A DNA stretch of 13,332 bases from Azolla caroliniana (Eukaryota; Plantae; Polypodiophyta): positions 1-13,332 of the forward strand of contig JBHGNT010000963.1 in assembly GCA_043228905.1 (NCBI GenBank). Reading direction: 5' to 3'. The notes below the pieces were generated by a model. That model was not told the origin of the DNA. It was given only the letters and a program-made list of their open reading frames with translations, and made no database searches. Shown piece by piece: positions 8,136 through 13,332 of this stretch; positions within the stretch are counted from its first letter, which is position 1; each line of letters opens with the position of its first letter. Made by a program: the position numbers and the translations under genes.

Positions 8136-9110
8136 GAGTCGAAAACGTTTGATTAAATAAATATTTTTAAAAAAATGTGTGCTGAAACAATAACTATTCT
8201 TGGTCTATAAAATCATCCTAATTAAAATATTTGTTAATAAAGAGAAATATATTCTAAGATAACAGTTGTTGTAAATCTAGTGTCTTATCATTATTTTATA
8301 AAAAAAGAGAGAGAGAGACATCATTATTTTCAGTACAAAATGTACTGTCTACGAATTTAATTTATACACAGGCTTATAATAAAAACTGTTATCAGCAACA
8401 TGATTCTTTTTACCAAAAAAATATTATATATTTTAATACACAAAAGAAAAGAAAATAAAGCCCAACAAAGAAAAATGTACTCAATAAAAACTAAGTGATT
8501 CAAATGAATAAATTTATTTGTGAAAGGTCAGGCCACAGGAAAACTGTCAATTTTTGTTTTATTTTTTTTTATATATATTTTTTCCTGACCAGTAATGTTG
8601 TCTCCTATTTCATTCGACCCTCCGTCGATGTTCGCGAACCTTTTATAAAAGATGAAATAAAGAAAGGGCCATAAATGGACCAAAACTTATTGGAAACATA
8701 TTTATGTGGCAATAAAGTTTTTATGTCAAAAACTTACGGTGGTAAGCTTTTAGGATTATATAAAAAGTTTGATTTCGGGCTAGGGTTTCCTACTGGGTAC
8801 GATTCGATGGGGGCTGGTTGATTCGCGTTTTATTGGCTAGTTTCGGTTAGTTTTTGATCTTTAAGGATTTTGTTTAGAACCTGTTGGGCTTAAAACAGAT
8901 AATAAACACTATTGTTTGAACAAATAACAAATAATGCAATATCTTAGGGCCCATTTTATGCTTTCATATTGTCAAAATAAAAATGAGCCAAAAATCCATC
9001 ATCGTTATAAAAATTGTTTATTATTCATACTTAAATATCATCTATAAATTAATAGTTTTTTTTTGTCAATTAAGTCATATTTAAATTTTAACCCTTTTTA
9101 AAGACATAAT

Positions 9111-9560
9111 TATCTTTCTCTTTCTCTTTCTCTTTCTCTTTCCTTTCTCTTTCTCTTTCTCTTTCTCTTTCTCTTTCTCTTTCTCTTTCTCTTTCTCTTT
9201 CTCTTTCTCTTTCTCTTTCTCTTTCTCTTCTCTTTCTCTTTCTCTTCTCTTCTCTTTCTCTTTCTCTTTCTCTTTCTCTTTCTCTTTCTCTTTTCTCTTT
9301 CTCTTTCTCTTTCTCTTTCTCTTCTCTTTCTCTTTCTCTTTCTCTTTCTCTTTCTCTTTCTCTTTCTCTTTCTCTTTCTCTTTCTCTTTCTCTTCTCTTT
9401 CCCCTTTTTCTTTTCTTTTTTTTCTTTCTCTTTTCTCTTTCTTCTTTCCGGTCTCTCTTTCTCTTTATCTTTAAATTTATCTTTATCTTTATATTTATCT
9501 TTATATTTATCTTTATCTTTATCTTTTCCTTTCTCTTTCTCTTTCTCTTTCTTTTTTTTA

Positions 9561-9600
<40 letters not shown>
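9111..9600. repeat. Compound pyrimidine/purine microsatellite (TTTCTC)n-(TTTATC)n-(TC)n
   Basis: Directly visible: a hexamer TTTCTC array, a TTTATC block at ~9464-9525, and a TC run at ~9565-9597. Confidence 0.98.
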
Positions 9601-9775
9601 GTTTCATTAGCCTTATCCGGTCCGCTTCTAAACGTAGGCTATTTGTGTCCAGTGTCTACAGCCACCGTCTTTGCGGTCTTCCTCTATTTCCTTTTGTTTT
9701 TCCAGGGCGCCAGTAAATCACTGTTGGTCTATCTATTATCTTCCTGTCTTGCAGTATGTTCGGCCCACCTCCACG
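9601..9775 (-). mobile_element. 3' end of an RTE-clade LINE
   Basis: - strand WRWAEHTARQEDNR*T / YWRPGKTKGNRGRPQRRW / AYV*KRT, matching the RTE ORF C-terminus W.WAGH.AR...RW...W.P...R.RGRP..RW...AYVQ.W. The simple-repeat tail follows directly. Confidence 0.85.
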
Positions 9776-10124
9776 ATATCGTTCGTGAAGCGTAGGTGAC
9801 TAGCAACCAAAGTCTTGTTATTGGGAAGTTTTTGAAAGATATTTATCCCTTTAATTAGCTTTCCTTGATAAAAACTGATATAGTTCGAGTGGTTTTGTAT
9901 TAATATTCCTCTCCCTTAGTCTTTATCAGCTTCCATGTTTTCACTTCTGAATCCAATGGTTTTTTTTTATTAGTTCCCACACCTTTCTGTCTTGTGCTGT
10001 TTGGAACTTTTCCTAGCAATCTGTTTGTCTTACAGTCATCTTTTCTGGAATCTTTTTTGACTAGCTGACTGAGCCCTGTCTTGCTCAAAAACGTGTTTTA
10101 CTTGTGATGTCTAACTGTAATGGT

Positions 10125-10480
10125 TCTATTCGACCACAAGCCCCTCCACTGCCATTTATTTAGATATATTAGATATGATTCATGAGTTTTTTGCATTTTT
10201 GATCTCTTGGTCTAAATACCAACATAAAAGCCCTTATTGTTTTTTTGCATTATCCATAACAGTTTCAGTTCTTTTTTTGATATTACCATAGTTTCTTAAT
10301 CGTATGTTGCTATCGGTAGTATACACTCATCAAAAACTTTCCGTTTAAAGTTTATTGGTACGTTTTTATAAAGCAGCCATACAATTTTAACAAATTCTTT
10401 CGTGTAGTGTTATTTTTTAGGCGGGTTTTTCTTGATACCCCATGTAGTTCTATGCTTGGCATATGTTTCAGAACGGTATT
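10125..10480 (-). mobile_element. RTE-clade LINE ORF C-terminal relic
   Basis: - strand KNVPINFKRKVFDECILPIATYD*ETMVISKK, then MLGI-like and KWQWRG (cf. KWQWAGH) remnants. It may extend to ~10620. Confidence 0.75.
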
Positions 10481-13019
10481 GTCCACAAATCGTAGATGAT
10501 AAGAAAAGGTCGGTTTACATAGCTTAATAGCTTTACCTTCATTCTGGTTAATCCTCTCGTTATTATTCCCTTATTCACTGCAAGATCCTAAAGTCAGAAT
10601 ATTTAAAGCACTTCTAATACAACTGGAAAATTAAATATTAAATTTAATCAAAAAATTAATTAACAAGCACTTGAAAATTAATTAATTATTGGATCGTTTC
10701 CTTTAAAAATAATTGCTTCTTGTAATGTTAGGTTAGATTCGGATCAAAAAGTGCTGCTTACCTAAAAATGTCACGTAATTCTTTAAAACCTTGTTCCAGT
10801 TTTCGGAAAGAAAATCTGCGAATATAAAGGAATTAAGGTCGGTAAAAGTAATAAATATAAAAATTAATGTTACAACATAAAGTAAGCCTATTAAATGATT
10901 TTAAAATTGTGGGAGGCCAAAAAACTTTGTATATTGGCCTGTACTATTATAATCAACCAAAAACTTTCATTCTTGTACCTTTTTTTAAAAGAAATTATTT
11001 TTAAACACATTTTTTTTTAATTGGGAGCCCAAATATTATCACCCAGAAATATATTGTTTATTTATCGTAAAAGAGATGAGTACTACTGTAAAAATCAAAG
11101 ACAGAAACCTAGCTTCCAAATCCAATAATAGCCAGGCTTTATAAATAAAATTGTTATGCTAGCCAATTTTAAAAAAAAAAAATAGGCATTATTAATGAGC
11201 AACATAAAGCCCAGTGCCATTAAATTCGGACGTCTTATTTGCTTTACAGAATGTGTCTTACAAACTAGTACAAATTTACTGTAATTTGACCCAACAGCAA
11301 TCCGTTGTGCTTGCTAATCTTTAAACTAGAGTTAATTTTCATTTTAGAACGACTGATATTTGGCGGCGTTAGTGATTACATTGGAGGCTTAAGCTGGGCA
11401 ATCTAATCTTTAAAAATTAGTTTTGTTTCAAATCTGTTCCAAACATTAGTTTTTTAAATCCGTTTATGATGTCATGTCCTAATTTGACAACCGAAATTTT
11501 GTGCTTCAACTTTCTCATAAGAAATCATCCTACATAATCCATGTAATTGAATTTTAAAGCTCCCATGGATATTCAGGTTCCGTTACTGGAAAATCCAATT
11601 GATAGTTGCTACTTTCTTTTTTAGTTATAGAGGTTTTAACAGGCCGTTCTTTTGGCAACTGGATTATAAATAAAATTCATTATGCTTAAAGGGACTTTTC
11701 GGTTTATTAAAAAATAAAGATACTAAAAAGAATTTAATAATCAAATAGTGAGCAAGCTTCGCCACCACCAAAGCGTCTTTAAAACCTCCATTTAAAGTCA
11801 CTATTAAAAAACTGGTGGGTCATCCGGGGAATGTGTAGTTAGGATATACGAAATTTCAGACACTGATTCGCCTGGTTTTAACTTTTCTTAAGTAAGTATC
11901 CAAATATTTGCTTCATAGGTCAATTTAGCAGCTCTAATTTGGTGTTTTTGGTGATGACTGTTTGTTTATCACCTAATTTGGCTTAAATTAGTTAGGGCCT
12001 GTTCGAGCTGTAATACTTTTATCTTCGCATGCACCGCTGTTGTCAATTATAAACCCTTAATGAAAGTACCTATTAATTACCCCAATTTCAGCTACGTTTT
12101 TACGTGGGGTTGGTTGTAGTCGATCTAAAATTATGACAATAGTTTTATTGGATTTTCATTTCAACACTGCATTAGTTTCCTAGCATAATAAATTCCATTT
12201 CTTCTGTACTACATGATATGGTTAGTTTGTCGTCGACATAACACAACCCTATAAATAGACACTTTTTGAACATAGGGCTTCCCCAAATTTTTTCCATTCT
12301 TTCTGATCTTGTGCCTTCTGTTTTTCAGTGTATTCCTCCCACGTTTCTTATGTAGTCTCCTCATTTCATTTAGGGTCAAATATAAACACGTATAAATATG
12401 AGATCAGAAAAGAAACGGTACTTACTGAACAATACTTTACACGTAAATCTCGTAAAGTATATAAACAATATATTTACCTATACCCAACAATTTCATTTTG
12501 CTTAAAGACAAAAAAAAAACGTATACGAAAACTGTATCGTTATAAAATAAAAATTCTTTGTCGAACTTTACATTCCAAAAGCTTCGAGCTTTTATTAGAT
12601 AAACTGTCTTTTAACCGACGAGCAAAAAAAACCGGCAGAGGAATTTAAATAATAAAATCGTGTTCCGAATAATACTAATAATATCGTTCGATGGAGAGAC
12701 GTTGGGATAAAACAAATATTTTTATTTTTAAATAAACGAAGAGGTCTATCGTCTTTGTCAGCTAATAAAATTAGGACTGGTTTGATTTGGTTACAAAATA
12801 CAAATTTGTTGGATGCTAATATAAAGTTCGAATGCCGTTTGTTTGCAAGTTAAATTTAACATTGACCGTTTAAAATATTCATTTCCGACTTATGCTTTAA
12901 ATAAAATGGGGGTTTTTGGGTTGGTGGGAAAAGTCAATATTCCAGAGGCAGAGTATCCTCCTGGCCTTTTTATACTTAATCTCTTATCTTTACTTTTATA
13001 TGAATTCTCTTTACCAGTC

Positions 13020-13332
13020 TTGTTTCTTCTATAAGTTTGTATAACCTCCAGACTGGTTAGTTAATATGCTTTTGTAGGTTAATGTTGGTTTTCCAAATAA
13101 TGCCTTTCTTTATCTAACGTTACACATTCGCACATTATGTGGTAACCCGTTTTATTTCCCCATAATAAACACATACTACAGTTTGAGTTTTATATCTTGT
13201 GTAGGTATCTTCCTCAGGTTATTATACCCTGTTAGCAGGCCTACTGTTGAAAAGCTTTTATTTTCTACTTTGGTTAAAGTAGTTCCCTTCTTTAAACGAA
13301 AAGAATCTTGGATGCCTAAAGTCTGCAACCAA
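13020..13332 (-). mobile_element. 3' fragment of a LOA/I-group LINE (decayed C-terminal CCHC knuckle)
   Basis: - strand VGLLTGYNNLRK...KTGYHIMCECVTLDKER, resembling VGLLTGH..L..HL...C..C...ET..HILCEC..L...R. It runs to the window edge. Confidence 0.6.

Noticed and set aside
9110-9607. 165-aa K/R/E-rich ORF
   Set aside because: It is the translation of the hexamer microsatellite, which is stop-free by construction.
9780-10120. 62-aa ORF 9900-10088 as a gene or another LINE 3' end
   Set aside because: There is only a faint resemblance to RTE-like C-termini, too degraded to support a call.
12107-12249. Possible MITE bounded by GGGTTGGTTGTAGTCGA / TCGACATAACACAACCC
   Set aside because: The inverted match is short and gapped, does not extend, and has no clear TSD.
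12328-13034. ORFs 12328-12648 and 12843-13034
   Set aside because: Non-ATG starts, composition-driven sequence and no recognisable motifs.

Overview
AT-rich eukaryotic DNA, most likely insect (beetle-like) intergenic or intronic sequence, made up mostly of decayed transposons. I see no intact host gene. The standout is a ~2.1 kb Crypton-like DNA transposon (~1494-3574). It carries a four-exon, spliced tyrosine recombinase pseudogene on the - strand (~350 aa when reconstructed), which the ORF track shows only in pieces. Its ends are structured: one ~40-bp motif occurs at the left end and again as both arms of a ~120-bp hairpin at the right end. An internal patchwork duplication preserves sense codons where the main gene has stops. 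Other content: a Sola2-like transposase relic (1-1154); a 5'-truncated CR1-type LINE with a (TAAA)n tail and a candidate TSD, inserted in a diverged ~131-bp tandem repeat; a second LINE 3' relic; several RTE-clade relics, one ending in a ~490-bp compound microsatellite; and a LOA/I-like zinc-knuckle fragment at the right edge. Family assignments come from hand translation and motif recognition, not database searches.
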